The translations under genes and the position numbers were made by a program. A stretch of DNA of 64,000 nt, from the NCBI RefSeq assembly GCF_009914755.1, contig NC_060933.1. One strand, 5' to 3'. The notes beneath the pieces were generated by a model, which worked only from the letters and a program-made list of their open reading frames with translations, made no database searches and was not told the origin of the DNA. Shown one piece after another: positions 28,151 to 48,662 of the stretch (position 1 is the stretch's first letter; each line of letters starts with the position of its first letter). This DNA comes from the human T2T-CHM13v2.0 reference genome, Homo sapiens.

Positions 28151-29464
28151 GTAATTTTTTTCTTAGCTTACATAGTAAGTTCAAGGTATAGTAAAAAAGG
28201 GAAGAAAGAAAAAGATGGCTGATTTTGAAAAGGAGAAAGTGATGAATGAAGATTGCTTTTACATTTTTTGACACTGGTCTTCTAATCTTGTTTCTCTTCA
28301 TAAATCTTGTGCACCATTGTGATTGCTAAGAAGAACACAATCTATTTAGCAAACGTTTTTGGCATAAAAGGAATGATAATTATTACTTGACTTTTATATC
28401 CTTATAGAGACCTAAGCTAAGTCTCTGACACTGACAATATTGACTATTAGCCAGCTTGTTAACAGTACTAGAAATGAATTTGGTAGAAGCAATTTGGTAA
28501 ATTACACACCCTTTTGGCTTTTACCCTCCGTTTATATCAGACTTGTGACTGACTCAGAATGATATTTGGGGAGGTGAAAAAAGGTAAACATGTTTGAGAG
28601 GAATTAGCCATCAGACTAGAGTGTATTCAAAAAAGAAGATTTAAGAATTTTGTAAAATAGTGGAGAGACTTGCCTCAGAATCATTATATGTGGGAAGCCT
28701 TACCCATGAGAACAAACTTGAACAAGTAGCAAGAATCTTGGGTAAGTAACCCTAAAGACAATTGAATTCATGATAGAGAATTGATGATTGATGATAGGCA
28801 ATGGAAAAGATAAATAGATGAGGTGTACAGTGTGTTGAAAAGAATTTAACAGGTACTTTTTGGTTCCATACAAAGCCATATTCTATAGTATCAAAAGAGG
28901 GAGAACAGGCATAACGGGTAGAGAGCCTAATTAGGGAACTGACGAGGTTATTCTATAAAGGAACCTGGGATGTGTGACTTAGAATTACTGTGAATACTAA
29001 GGACAGGCTGGGGGCAAAGCAACTTACAACTAGGTTTTTATTTTTAGTGTGTATATAGCCATTTCTACCATGTATGCCTGAGGAAAAAAGTGACCACCGT
29101 AAAAATTTTGAGTATCTACTCATTTTTAAGAACACTGGGATAACTGACTATTTATGAATGATTTTTTCTAAAGTGAAGCGTCTTTTTATTAACCACAAAG
29201 TAGCCCTTAATCTGACAGTTGTGTGAATTTTTGCATATATGTTTTATTGATGTATGAGTGGAATATATGTGATTTATTGTTTGAAGGAAAATCATAATTA
29301 TTTTTTAAAGCAAGTTTTGTTTTTCTGTTTTTAATTTTTTTCTGGTTCCAGATGTATTTGGGTATGCTTATTTCCCGTTTTAGAAACAATATACTTTGTA
29401 TACTTTTTTAAAAAGTTAATTTTTACTTTTAAACTTTGTCTTCCTCATTTATTATTTATTTCAG

Positions 29465-29509
29465 ATCCATAAATGGACTAGGACAAATCTTAGAAACACA
29501 AAGATCAAG
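29465..29509 (+). CDS. ZNG1: ZNG1 exon 9 (RSINGLGQILETQRS)
   Basis: AG/GT bounded, in frame. Confidence 0.95.
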
Positions 29510-30078
29510 GTACTTTAAAAAAGCTATTCCTATTAATAACAAATCATTTTAGTTATTAATAATAAACATTAAGTAATTGACAAATATGCTTGATTCTGAT
29601 ATAAGAAAGATCTAAGTGCATTTAAAAAGATTTGGATCCAAAATGTTGTTTGGAATGCTCTTAATAAGTTAGTTTGGCATATTTGACTAGTACATTTGCC
29701 TGTCTTCAAAACTAAGATTACAAAGCCATGATAACACTGTGTAAGTGTTTGCTTAATGAGGAAGAAAAGACTTCCAAACACTCGAGAGGGTAACTCAGTA
29801 CAGAAATCTGAAGTATATTGAGGAATCTTAATTTGAAGTGTTTAAATGGCTTTTTAATATTTAAAAAGCCTTCTTAGTGTTTTATAGTTGCCAAAAAATA
29901 CATGGAGTCTTTACCTTGAAGTTCCTGACAAATTCTTTTATTAAATTTTGACTTTCATTTTCTCTAGGTTCTGTTCCTAAAACATCTGTGAAGTGTATTT
30001 CTGTAGATTAAATTCTGTTTTCCATTGAATGTTATCTTAATTTCAGAAAATTTCTGTGCAGGGTTATTTTATTAAGCT

Positions 30079-30080
<2 letters not shown>

Positions 30081-30120
<40 letters not shown>
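30081..30120 (+). repeat. T40 homopolymer not attached to an Alu or L1
   Basis: Direct read. Confidence 0.95.
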
Positions 30121-30121
<1 letters not shown>

Positions 30122-31132
30122 GTGAGAAAGGCTCAGCAGCTGATAGACTCAGCAACAGGCAGCCAGGAGCTCTGAGGCTCACAGCTGGCAGTCTAGTTCC
30201 ACTCAGTCTCTACTTGAGAAATTCTTTCTTTGGAAGTACAGCAGAGGCCTTAGGTGAGTGGCTTGTCTGCTATGGCAGAGATTAGAGGTGCTGACAGACT
30301 GCCATAAGTATTAGGCAGTAACAGCAGCAGCTGCTTATATGCATGTGAACAGCTGGGGAATTAATTTGGTATGCATTCTCAGGAGCCACTCATCTGCTGG
30401 CAGAGGTAGCAGAAGAATGCCCTTAGTGTAAGTCCTCTACAACCATACACCAAATGTGCTCCCTGCATTTCAAATTCCATTGTAGAGAGTCTCTGATAAT
30501 CTCACTTATACCATGAGCCATTCCTCAGTATCTGTCCTCTTCCTGTTAGTGTTCTACAATTCCTTTCTCCTTAATTTTTCTCCGCTTTACAAAATGTCAC
30601 ACAGACAAGTGCATGATACTTAAACAAGCTTTTAAAAATAATGCTCATAAATAGCTTTGGTTCTGTCATAATATTCGTATTTATAAACATTTTAAGTCAA
30701 TTCTCTTCTTTTATTTTCATTTCAGAAATATCCATGTCCTGAATAAAAGTTGTGTCTTGATTAGTTTATTATGTAACAATTTAGTGTGTTTGACATTTCT
30801 AACTTTTATTTCTAACATTTGCTTTATTATAGAACAATAAACATGCAGTGATTGATTTTTCTTACTTCAAGTGGATGAGTGAGCAAGTGACTAAAATCTT
30901 CTGTGAATTCTTCAGTGTATGGTGCTTGCCAATGCATCTGAGAATCTAGGGACTTTCTGAAATAGTACTTCCTTGCTATGAGGACTGAAGTTGGATTAGA
31001 ATCCTTTTCAATGAAGATCAGATGTCCTGAGTAGAATTCTTACTATTGGGTCCTGAATCTTATATTAAATATTCTCTCAAATTCCTTGAGGCATAGCAAC
31101 TTGAGCTTACCAGTTTAGAAACTGGAGATTTG

Positions 31133-31494
<362 letters not shown>

Positions 31495-33477
31495 TTATTT
31501 TTTGTTTTTTAAAATTTTTTTACCATTTTGTAGCTGACAAGTACTGACAATAAACTGCTATAAGCATGTGTAGAAAAAGGCTCACCTTGAGTAGTTAAGA
31601 GTAAGGAAAAGGAATAGTGTGTAGCATCGTCTTAGTGGTAAGACTTAAGTTGATTTAGTAGCAAATGGAAGTACTAGTGAACCACATAGATTTCAGAAGT
31701 AGGAGTAAAAGGTTAGAAGATGTGTCATTTTAATCTTCTCTAGACTTTTTCTTAATTTTTAGAAATGTAAGTGGACTGAACAGAGGAAAACCAAAACACA
31801 GCTGGTCAATAATAAGTTAAATTAATTTGACAAACTGCCTGCTATGCATTTCATAGCATTTTAAGGACTATATAAGCAATGGATAAGGCGAAAACTCTGC
31901 CTTTAAGGAGATCAGTCATTGGGGGGAAACAGAAGCAAACAAACAAAAAGGCAACATAATAGATATTAATATTAATACAAGAATTTTAAAAGCACAGAGT
32001 TCTATAATAATAGGAAAATAGAGGGAATGATTGCTCAACTTTTCTTGAAAAAGAGTCAGGAAAATATTGACCGAGAAGGCAGTCATTGACCTGAGTCTTA
32101 AAGAATGAATAAGGTTTTTACAGATGGAGTAGGGTAGGGATAACTTTCCAGGTATAAGGAAGATTTTGTATTCCAGGGACCTTTGAATATTTTAGAATGG
32201 CTAGAAAACTTGGTATTATGTAGCACAGAAAAAGTGGTATGACTGAAGAGATAGAGAACTTACCACAAAGGGTCTTGAATGCCATGATACATAGTTTGGA
32301 TTTTCTTCTGTAGGGAGCAAGGAGTTAGTGAAGGATTTTAAAAGCAACATGACTCTTGGGAGGTAGATTCAATGTGAGGCTAACCTCCGAGGTATAGGAA
32401 ATACAGGAAGGAGGAGCAACAGGTCGGGTAGTGGTGGAAGCAGGTTTGGAAAATGTGATTGGTTTTGTAAACGTTTTTGAGTTTGAAGTGCCACTGGGGA
32501 AGGCTTTTGGAAATTTATTTCCAGAGTTCAAGACTGAGCTATCATTGCAGTTTGCTCAGCTATTTACTGAGCTATCTACTGTCAATTTGGATAGTATCTA
32601 CAGTTTGCATTGTAGATACTGGATACTTGGATTGGCTGGTGCACCCTGTTTATGAGACTCACTGGAGTTTGAAGAGATGACCACTGGAAAATATCCCTAA
32701 GCAGTAGCTGCAATTCCACCCCCACCGAGGAGAGCCAAAACCCTCTTCGTTTTCACTCTCCTGTCCTTGGTCTTAAGCTACTTAAAGCAGCCTTTAGACA
32801 TAGGGAAAAATTGAAAGCCTCTCTTTTAAGAAAAACATTAGGTACTTCTGGAATAGAGAGTTCAAGAAATTAGGAGAAAAATGAACTTTTGAAGCTTTTT
32901 CTTTCCCTTTTTTGTTTACTTCATTCTCTTACTCAGTTTTAAAATGCTGGTAATGGTCTTTTTTTTCTTTTTTTTTTTTTTTCTTGGCGATTTTAATGCT
33001 TTGGAAAAGATCTCATGGTTTTATCTCCAAAGGAGGAAATTAATTTGATGCCATGGAAATTAGTTTTCTAGTCGTATGCCTTGAATGAGTGAAGAATTTC
33101 TTTTTCATGGTGGTACTAAATTTGGGGAAAGCTATAGAAACTTTCATCTGGAAGCTTACACTTTTCCTCTTTTTTGAAAATTTGGTGAGAGACTTGGATA
33201 TTTTATTATTTTCTGTAAAAGAGTGTAATTTGTTGTACAGGTCTAATATTGATCCTTTTTTGGAAGTATGGAAAGAATCTGAGTATAAAGCAGAATTACC
33301 TCTGGATGGCATGTATTCTCAAGGACACTGTCACAGTGAAACAGTTTATTTAGAAGCTTGTGTTTCCAAACTGTTGAATTTGATATTCACAAAATTGGCA
33401 TGTGTAAACTTTATTAAACTTTAAGCTATTTCCTAAGATGAAGATGACAAACTTGGAGGGAAACTTCATTCATTTGG

Positions 33478-33823
33478 TTTATTTTTATTTTTATTTTTAT
33501 TTATTTTTATCTTTTTGAGACAGAATCTCACTCTGGTTTGAGACAGAATCTCACTGTGTCCCCCAAGTTGGAGTGCGGTGGTGCGTTCTCGGCTCACTGA
33601 AACCTCTGCCTCCTGGGTTCAAGCGATTCTCCTGCTTCACCCTCCGAGTAGCTGGGACTACAGGTGCGTGCCACCACACCCAGCTAATTTTTGTATTTTT
33701 GGTAGAGACAGGGTTTCACCACGTTGTCCATGGCCAGGATGGTCTTGATCTTGACCTTGTGATCCGCCCGCCTCGGCCTCCCAAAGTGCTGGGATTGCAG
33801 GCGTGAGCCACCGCGCCCAGCCT
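33478..33823 (-). mobile_element. Alu (S/Y) with internal duplication ttgagacagaatctcact x2
   Basis: Antisense Alu. Confidence 0.88.
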
Positions 33824-34562
33824 GTCCTCTGTGATTTTCTGGGCTTATGTTAAAATTATAACTCAATCACCAGTCTTTATAAATTTGCTTTTTTATATTT
33901 AAACCAAACCTAATGCTAATTGTGATATGTTATTTATTCTCACCTGATTTGAATCATTGGATTCAATTAAATGAGTTTAATTATCATTAAATAATTCTAA
34001 GAGAAATAATGTCTATTCGGATGGTGGGAATTTTCTTTCTACATGCAGCCCCATTCTGAATGAATGAAATCAAATCACGTGACGATCAGGGTCCTAGAGT
34101 AACTTAATATTTTGTACATTGGTTATTTGACTCCTCATTTTTATATTACATGTTATATCAAGGGAGGGGGTATAAAAGAAATACAAAAATTGCAGAGGTA
34201 TCTGGAATGTACCTATTTGTTAATTCTATTTGTCATTTCTTTTGTTTCATCTTTTGAGTAATAAGCTGCTTGGAAAAGTTTCTGTTCTTTAGCTGATTTT
34301 TTAGCTATAAAAATGTATTTGAAAAGCTCATAAATTTCAGGATTGAAAAGATAATTGAAAGTTTAAAAAAAACCTAATTCATTGAAGTAATAACCAAATA
34401 ATTTTCAATCTTGATTCAACTGTGATTCAAATCTTACACCATTTGCCCACTTCTATGAATTTTATGTATAAAATTTTTTAAGAGTCAGAGTTTTTTTTTC
34501 TTGATTAATTGGATGTATTTCACAGAATTTCCAACTGCTCACGTTAGTTTTCTTCCTTTTAG

Positions 34563-34619
34563 AGTTGATCTCTCTAATGTATTAGATCTTCATGCCTTTG
34601 ATAGTCTCTCTGGAATAAG
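34563..34619 (+). CDS. ZNG1: ZNG1 exon 10 (RVDLSNVLDLHAFDSLSGI)
   Basis: AG/GT bounded, in frame. Confidence 0.95.
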
Positions 34620-34969
34620 GTATGTTTTGTATAATTTGGTTACTTTTATTGTTATGTACCTTTTTTCCCCATAGTTAACAGGAATGATTTGCACAATTGC
34701 ATCCATGATTTAAGCTTCCTGCCATTCCTTTGGCATACAAGACCATTCTTAATGAGGTATATTCTTGGAAGTTTTACTAATTGGTTGTTTGGAAATCATA
34801 TTGCATTTTCCTGTAGAAATTATAGTGTAAATGATAGTTAACTTTAGAGGCTAATCGTTAACACTTCTACACCAAACACTATGTCTAATACTCTTTCTAT
34901 GAGAAAATGCATGAAATACATAGAAAATTTTAGCTTAGCGTTTTCACACAAATAACTCTCTTCACTTTA

Positions 34970-41044
<6,075 letters not shown>

Positions 41045-41149
41045 CTCTCTTCACTTTAATAATGGATTAGTTTTCTGCCTTCTCCTGTGGGGAATCTTTT
41101 TGGTAAGGGAGGGAAGAAAGATTAGTTATTCTTGTGCATCAGTATCTTT

Positions 41150-41625
41150 TTCTTTTTTTATTGTAGTAAGAACATCTAACATGAGATCTACCCTCTTAAC
41201 AATTTTTTAAGTGTACAATACAGTATTGCTAACTATAGGCATGAGAATGTGCAGCAGATCTCTGGAACGTTTCACTCTTTAGAACTGAAGCTTTATACCC
41301 CTTGAATAGCAGCTTCCCATTTCCCTGTCTTCATAGCCCCTGGCATCCACCATTCTACACTCTTTCTGTGGGGTTGACTATTTTAATTACCTGACACAAG
41401 TGGAATCATGCATTATTTGTCTTTCTGTGACTGGTTGATTTCATGTAGCATAAAGTCATCAAGGTTCATCCATGTTTTTGCATATGGCAAGGTTTCCTTT
41501 TTAAGTCTGAATAATATTCCATTTTCTACATATACCACATTTACTTTATCCCTTTTTCTGTTAGTGGACATTTAACTTGTTCTCACAGCTTGGCTATTGC
41601 AAATAATGCTGCAATGAATATCTCA
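41150..41625 (-). mobile_element. L1MB 3' end fragment
   Basis: aacatgagatctaccctcttaac...tgcaaataatgctgcaatgaa. Confidence 0.8.
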
Positions 41626-41719
41626 TAAGTCTCATATATGTCCATACAAGATCATGAAAATGGACATGTCTCTGGGTATTTTGAATTGGTGGGACAATTT
41701 TGCTTAAGGGTAGGCATAG

Positions 41720-42075
<356 letters not shown>

Positions 42076-43308
42076 TTATAAATATATTTCTAATTTTGGC
42101 TTAGCCATGCCCTTAAAAACTAATTCTACTTTCAACTAGTTTTTTTTTCCACCTTCAGTCTGTAGTATTGTTCACATTTTGAAAACAATACCTACAGTAA
42201 CCTGTGAGGTAGGACATGATAGTGTTTTATTGGACCCCTTTTACTTTATGAATTGGAAAAATTAAATTTGCATGTAGTTTGTAAAAAAAAAAAAGAAAGA
42301 AAGAAAAAAGAAATTGATTGAGATTATTTCAGCAGCCAGAAGTGTGGGACAGGCAGGGCAGTTATTCCTCCTTCTCAGTTTGGAAACTGAAGCTCAGAGA
42401 GTAAACTTGTCAGTGACACAGTTATTCAAGAAGTTGTCTTCAGTTGAGAGATATGTTTTTCACCTGTAGCTTCTGGTATTGGAGGAGTACCTTTTTAGAC
42501 TAAACAAATTACGGTTAAAATTATAAAGGTATTTTTGGAGTACCTGGAAAAAATCAGCATTTTGCTTTTCTAGTTCCATTTAGTAGGAAGGCAGGAAAGT
42601 TTGGTATACCTGAATTACATGTGAGTTATTTCTATTTTTCTAAAAATTCTTATAAATTGTGTAAGGTAAAAATGACTACTTCTTGTTTTATGGTAAATAT
42701 AGTTATATCCTTTCAAGCCACTGCTGTACAAAGTTGTGAAATCTCCCTGAGGCTTTTTCCCTCATGTCAGCTTCAGGTATCCAGTATCACTTATGCTTGA
42801 TAATGATTGTATGAAAATCATTCAGAATTATACTATGTTTTTTCATATAAAGCTTTTGTTTTACTAATTTTGAAATGACTGTTCCTCCATTAAGCGAATA
42901 CAGCCCTAAGCATAAATTTGGTTTGTTCATTTAAAAATGGTCTTTTTTTCCCATCTTAGTTCTGGCTTTACTAGGGAGATAGATTGGCTGAGGTTGTCAC
43001 CTAATTCTGGGAGGTTAAGAGCCTTTGTCTTTTGCTACCCATTTCTGAAATAACCAGAAGTCTAGCCCATCCTAACTTTTCTCTCGATGATCCTTTTCTT
43101 CTTTTTACTTCAAGGTTCCAGCCCTTCATTTGACTATCAGTGCTGTTTCACTAGTTAGCCATGATCGCTTTCATCCGCCGTGTCTGTATTAGAACTGTAT
43201 TTTTAATTTGATGCTGTGGGCAGTTTTGATAGTTACAGATCCTGTGATACATTTAAATGTGTTTACAAGGGGAACAAATGAAACAATGCTGCATGAAATT
43301 TGCCTTTC

Positions 43309-43935
43309 TTTTTTTTTTTTTTTTCCCCTTGGAGACAGGGTCTGGGTCTATTGCCCAGGCTAGAGTGCAGTGGTGCGATGTCAGCTCCCTATAGCCTCTG
43401 TGTCCTGGGCTTAAGCCATCTTCCCACCTCAGACTCATGAGTAGCTGGGACTATAGGCACGCACTACCATGCCTGGCTAATTTTTTATTTTGGTAGAAGA
43501 TGAGGTTTTGCCATGTTGCCGAAGCTGATCTTAAACTCCTGGGCTTAAGTGATCTGCCCACCTCAGCCTCCCAAAGTAATGGGATTATAGGCGTGAGCCA
43601 CCACACTTGGCCTTTTCTTTTTTTCATATTTATTTAATTATTTTATTTTATTGAGACAGAGTCTCACTCTGACACCTGGGCTGGAATGCAGTGGCTATCA
43701 TGGCTCTCTGCAGTCGTGAACTCCTGGACTCAAGTGATCCTCCCATCTCAGCCTCCTGAGTAGCTGGGACTACAGGCTTGCACCCATGCCTGGCTAATTT
43801 TTTTATTTTTACTTTTTTGTAGTGACAGGCTCTCGCTACGTTGCTCAGGCTCGTCTTGAACTCCTGGCCTCAAGTGATTCTCCTACTTGGCCTCTCAAAG
43901 TGCTGGGATTATAAGCCTGAGCCACTGAACCCAGC
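43309..43935 (-). mobile_element. Two tandem AluJ elements (about 43309-43612 and 43613-43935)
   Basis: Two consecutive antisense Alu dimers. Confidence 0.87.
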
Positions 43936-45669
43936 AAAATTTGCCTTTCTTAAACTAATTTATCTCTGTTGGGTCCAAGAGCTTACAAGTTGGTTGTCAT
44001 TTAATATGTTAAACACTAGAATATTTTTTAGTTGAAGTTTTATTTTTTCCCTTTACATATTGTATCCTTTAGTGCTTTATTTCACTAATAAGAATTATAG
44101 TATGCAATCATTTCCCACCTCTATATTCAGTATATCAATTTTTGTTTTTCCTTTCTACTTCTGTCTTTTGCTATAATTTGCTGTAATACAGGTACTTTCA
44201 TCAAGGCATCCAGTTCTTTATATCATTCTATATTTTTACTTGGGAGAAACAGAAATGTTGCTAATTCCATCTTACTGACAATACCTAAATTATTGTTTGT
44301 TATAGAACATAATGATTTAAATATACAAAACACTAAACTGTTTGAGATTTTTTACATTTTATGCGTGCAGAATTTACATTTTATGTGTGCAGAGACAAAA
44401 ATTGTTATAAGATTACAAGTTAATGTGCAAGATGATTTCCGATTCATGAGTTTCAGGTTTTGATAGCATATCCTTATCCACTAGATTAGTCTTTTAAAAA
44501 TGTGTATGATAGGGAAAAAATCGAGGGCATGAAATTCTGAGACTTATGGGAACTAAACTTAAATGTTCGTTGTTAGATTTTTTTTTTTTTTTTTTTGCTG
44601 CGTATGAAGTTTTAGGCAGTCGTTGTCCAACAACATTAAATACTGAACATATGGGAAAAGCATATGATTTTTCGAAATGTTTTTCTAAAGTAATCTCATT
44701 CTACATACACTTAAGAGCAGTTATAATGCTTTAGTGACACTTGAAGTAGCTATTTAATGTGATCTCACCACTATAGGGAAGGCCGTTGCATGACTTTTTT
44801 GTGTGTGCTTAACTGCTAAACAGGAGAATCTTTTCCTGAGCAACCAGCTGGGAAGGATTTAATTTGACATTCTCCCTACTAGGACCCCCCCCAAAGAGAC
44901 TCATTCCCTCCAATAGTTCCTACAAGTTCTTTCTCTTTCCTAAACTTGCTGTTACTAATTTACCCCTCACTGTTCTTCAAGGCAAAGCATCTGCAAGGTT
45001 TTCAGTCCTTTCCCCCTCCCGTCCTGTCCCCATCAGTGTTGAAATGTATGCTACAGTTATTATGGTTGTAATTTGTTATGCCATGTTGATCTTCTTGTGC
45101 TTTTCATATCAGAACAATGTATTTTTAACATTCTGACTTTCTTTTTCTCTCAATTGGTAACTGACTATATAGAAAATTTATATTTATGGATACTATTTCT
45201 TTTTTAATAAGTTCAAGGGAAAACATTGATAAAGGAAAATTTATCCTTTCAACTTTCTTTAGGTGCCAGCATTATTTTCATATTAGGAAGCAGGAGAAAG
45301 TTAAGGAACTCTAAGCAATACTAGAATGGTTATATATATATTTAAGTTTGTATTAAACCTGTTGGAATGGTAAAGAAATTTACTGACATATTTAACCATA
45401 CAAAATAGTGTTGCTAAAAGACTAGTTTTTCTCTTTATTCTGTGCATATGTATATATATGAATGTGTGTTTTTTTTAAGAAATTTTAAAAAAACTTAATC
45501 TGCCAGCTTTTCTCTATTGGAATTTGCGAACAACTTGTAAAATTGGAATTACAGAATATTAGAATAGTCAGTTATGGAAAGTCACTTCATTATCCTTGTG
45601 TCACTAAATAACGTATAAAGTTAAATCAGAAGTGTATTCATCTCTGAATTTCTAATCAGTTGTTTTTAG

Positions 45670-45722
45670 TTTGCAGAAAAAAACTTCAGCATGTGCCAGG
45701 AACACAACCTCACCTTGATCAG
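45670..45722 (+). CDS. ZNG1: ZNG1 exon 11 with +1 A insertion (53 nt instead of 52)
   Basis: ttgcag AAAAAAA cttcagcat; LQKKLQH needs 6 A; shifted frame ends at TGA 45716-45718. Confidence 0.92.
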
Positions 45723-47523
45723 GTAAAGAAAAAAAATCTAAATCCAAAATTTCTAATCAATGTTTTTAAAGGACCTCTTTAACTAGATAGGCTATGTTTA
45801 GGACTATTTTATTATAAACTTTTTCTAAAATGGTATTTTTGAACTGTGTTGATAATTTTTGGAATCTTAAATGCTTTTGACATAGTCTAATTCTATTTCT
45901 TAACACATAATAGGAATTCATCAAACCAGATTTGTTTTAGAATCTGAGGAAACCATGCTTTCTAGCCTTTCCATTCTGTAGATTGCTTAGCATATTGGTT
46001 AGTTCTGATAGGGATTACTCCTTAAAAGCAGCCTGGGGGTTCTATAGGCAGTCTGTTTTTAAGTATGTTGAATTGTTTAAGGAAAGGTCTGATATAAGCA
46101 TGGCTTATTTAAATAAAAATTGACTTGGAGTTTCACCTTCAGGTAGCACTATAAATTTGAACTCCTTAAGATGTTTTTCATGCTCTAAAATTCTAATCCC
46201 TAAGGTAAATATCTAAGATGCTAGGAACAATTTAAATATAATTTTACTGTACCTGCGTTTCTGTTAAGCAGATCATAGATCGTAGAGCTTTAGGATAACT
46301 TCTTTGTTCCTCTTAAAACCCTGAGGGGTGGAGTGGGGGATGTGTAAGTGAGCAGTGTGCCTAATCTTCCTTCCTCTCTCTCAAGTGATCACTCAATTTT
46401 TGAATTGCTATTGGTTGTAATAGGGCCAAGATAACAGCTACTTGCATTTGTATTCATTTTGGTTCACATTTATGAGCAGGTTTGCTACTATGTTTGTGGC
46501 ACCTTTCCCTGTGAAACTTTTGTTAATAGGATATTCCTCTTCACTTATCTTTAAAATGAATAAATGAGAGAAATACAAGTCCTTGGAGATAGAATTTATG
46601 GTAAAAAAAAAAAAAAAAACCCAGTTCTTTATGATAGTTGGTATCTGTCATATAGTTGAACATGAAGCACATTTGAGCTTCTGGGTAAAGAACGTGATGC
46701 CAAGAATCATAGGGATGAAAAGATGAAGCAAACGCAGTACTCACTTACCATGAACATTTGGAGCAGCCAGTGTCTCCATCCATAGAATCTCGAATGAACC
46801 CCTATTGTGGCAGTTATGATGCCTTGTAGTTTGGTTGAAATGCTTTTGCCTTGCATTAGTCTATAAATTCCTTAAATATAAAATCTTTATTGCTTAGTAC
46901 AGGGCTTGGTGGATACTCAGTGAATATTTGTTAAAAGAATGAAAAGCTGTGTTTCTCAAATGGGGTATAAATCAGAATCACATGTGGAGCTTTTTTAAAA
47001 AAAATTCGATAACTCAGTAGTTCTCACCCCTCAGTCTCCAGGATTGGGACTTGGGTATGTGTATATTAATGTATATTTTTAACATTTTATTATGGAAGAT
47101 TTCAAAGATATAAAAGAATAAACAGAATAGTAAAGTAAACCCCTTGTATGCATCACCCAGTTTAAATGGCATCAACATTTAGCTGATTTTATTTCACCTA
47201 TCCTCCCAACATTTCTTTTGCCTGGAGTATTTAAAAAAAACAAATGTATTTTAATAGGAAATTTCAAACGTGCATAAGAGTAGAATAGTATAATGAGCCT
47301 GTATGTACCTATTGCCCTTGGTGTAGTGTATTAAAGCAAATTCCAGACATTATGTCACTTTACTACTAAATAGGGCATATCTATATTTTTGTAGCCTCTG
47401 TAGGAGATTCTGATGCACTGTCCTGCTTTAGATAATATAAACATAGGGAAAAATAGTATCACAGCCAAAGGGCTATGGGATTCAGAGGCAAGAACAATTT
47501 CATTTGGTTTAGTGGATCTGAGG

Positions 47524-48026
47524 TGTAAGGGAGGAAATTTATCTTTTCCTCGCCTATCACTAGATTCATGGCTGAGGTCTCTCTAACAGAAGACCAACTA
47601 TCAAGAGAAATTTCAACATAGAAATTTATTTAGTAAGTTTTACTTGACACAGGAGCCTTCATAAAACATACCTGTGTATGTTTTCTGTTAGTTATGGTAT
47701 GGAAGAGGATAGTTAATGGAGAAGCATAATTAGATAAAACAGTATGATCTAATAATAAACTGGGAAGAACTTAGCAAGGCCTGTTTGTTCAGATTTTTCT
47801 CTGTGACCCTTCATATTCAGACTTAAGGATGTTCTTTTCCTCTGTGTATAGAGAGGGCACCTCTTAAATGAGGGTCTTATGACCTGCATCAGCGGAAGGT
47901 CAGAAAATCTTTCCTAGGTTTTATGACCTGCTTCAGGAGAGAAGGTGAGAGTGACCTTCCTGATTCTGCCATTTTCTCAAATATTGAGTTGCCATATTTT
48001 GGGATAGCATGTCCTGAACCCCATCA
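47524..48026 (-). mobile_element. Solo ERV1-class LTR (MER31-like)
   Basis: TG...CA ends; minus-strand start tgatggggttcaggacatgctatcccaaaatatggc matches recalled MER31. Confidence 0.75.
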
Positions 48027-48134
48027 AATGCTTCATGAGGATAGTTTTTTGTTTGTTTGTTTTGGTTTTGGTTTATTTATTTGCATAAAGCATGCAAATG
48101 TGTAATTTTAGTGTACAATTCAATGTTTGGGTTT

Positions 48135-48662
<528 letters not shown>

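Noticed and set aside
30081-30750. T40 as the poly-A tail of an antisense processed pseudogene
   Set aside because: No TSD, no poly-A signal on the minus strand next to the run, and no recognisable parent gene
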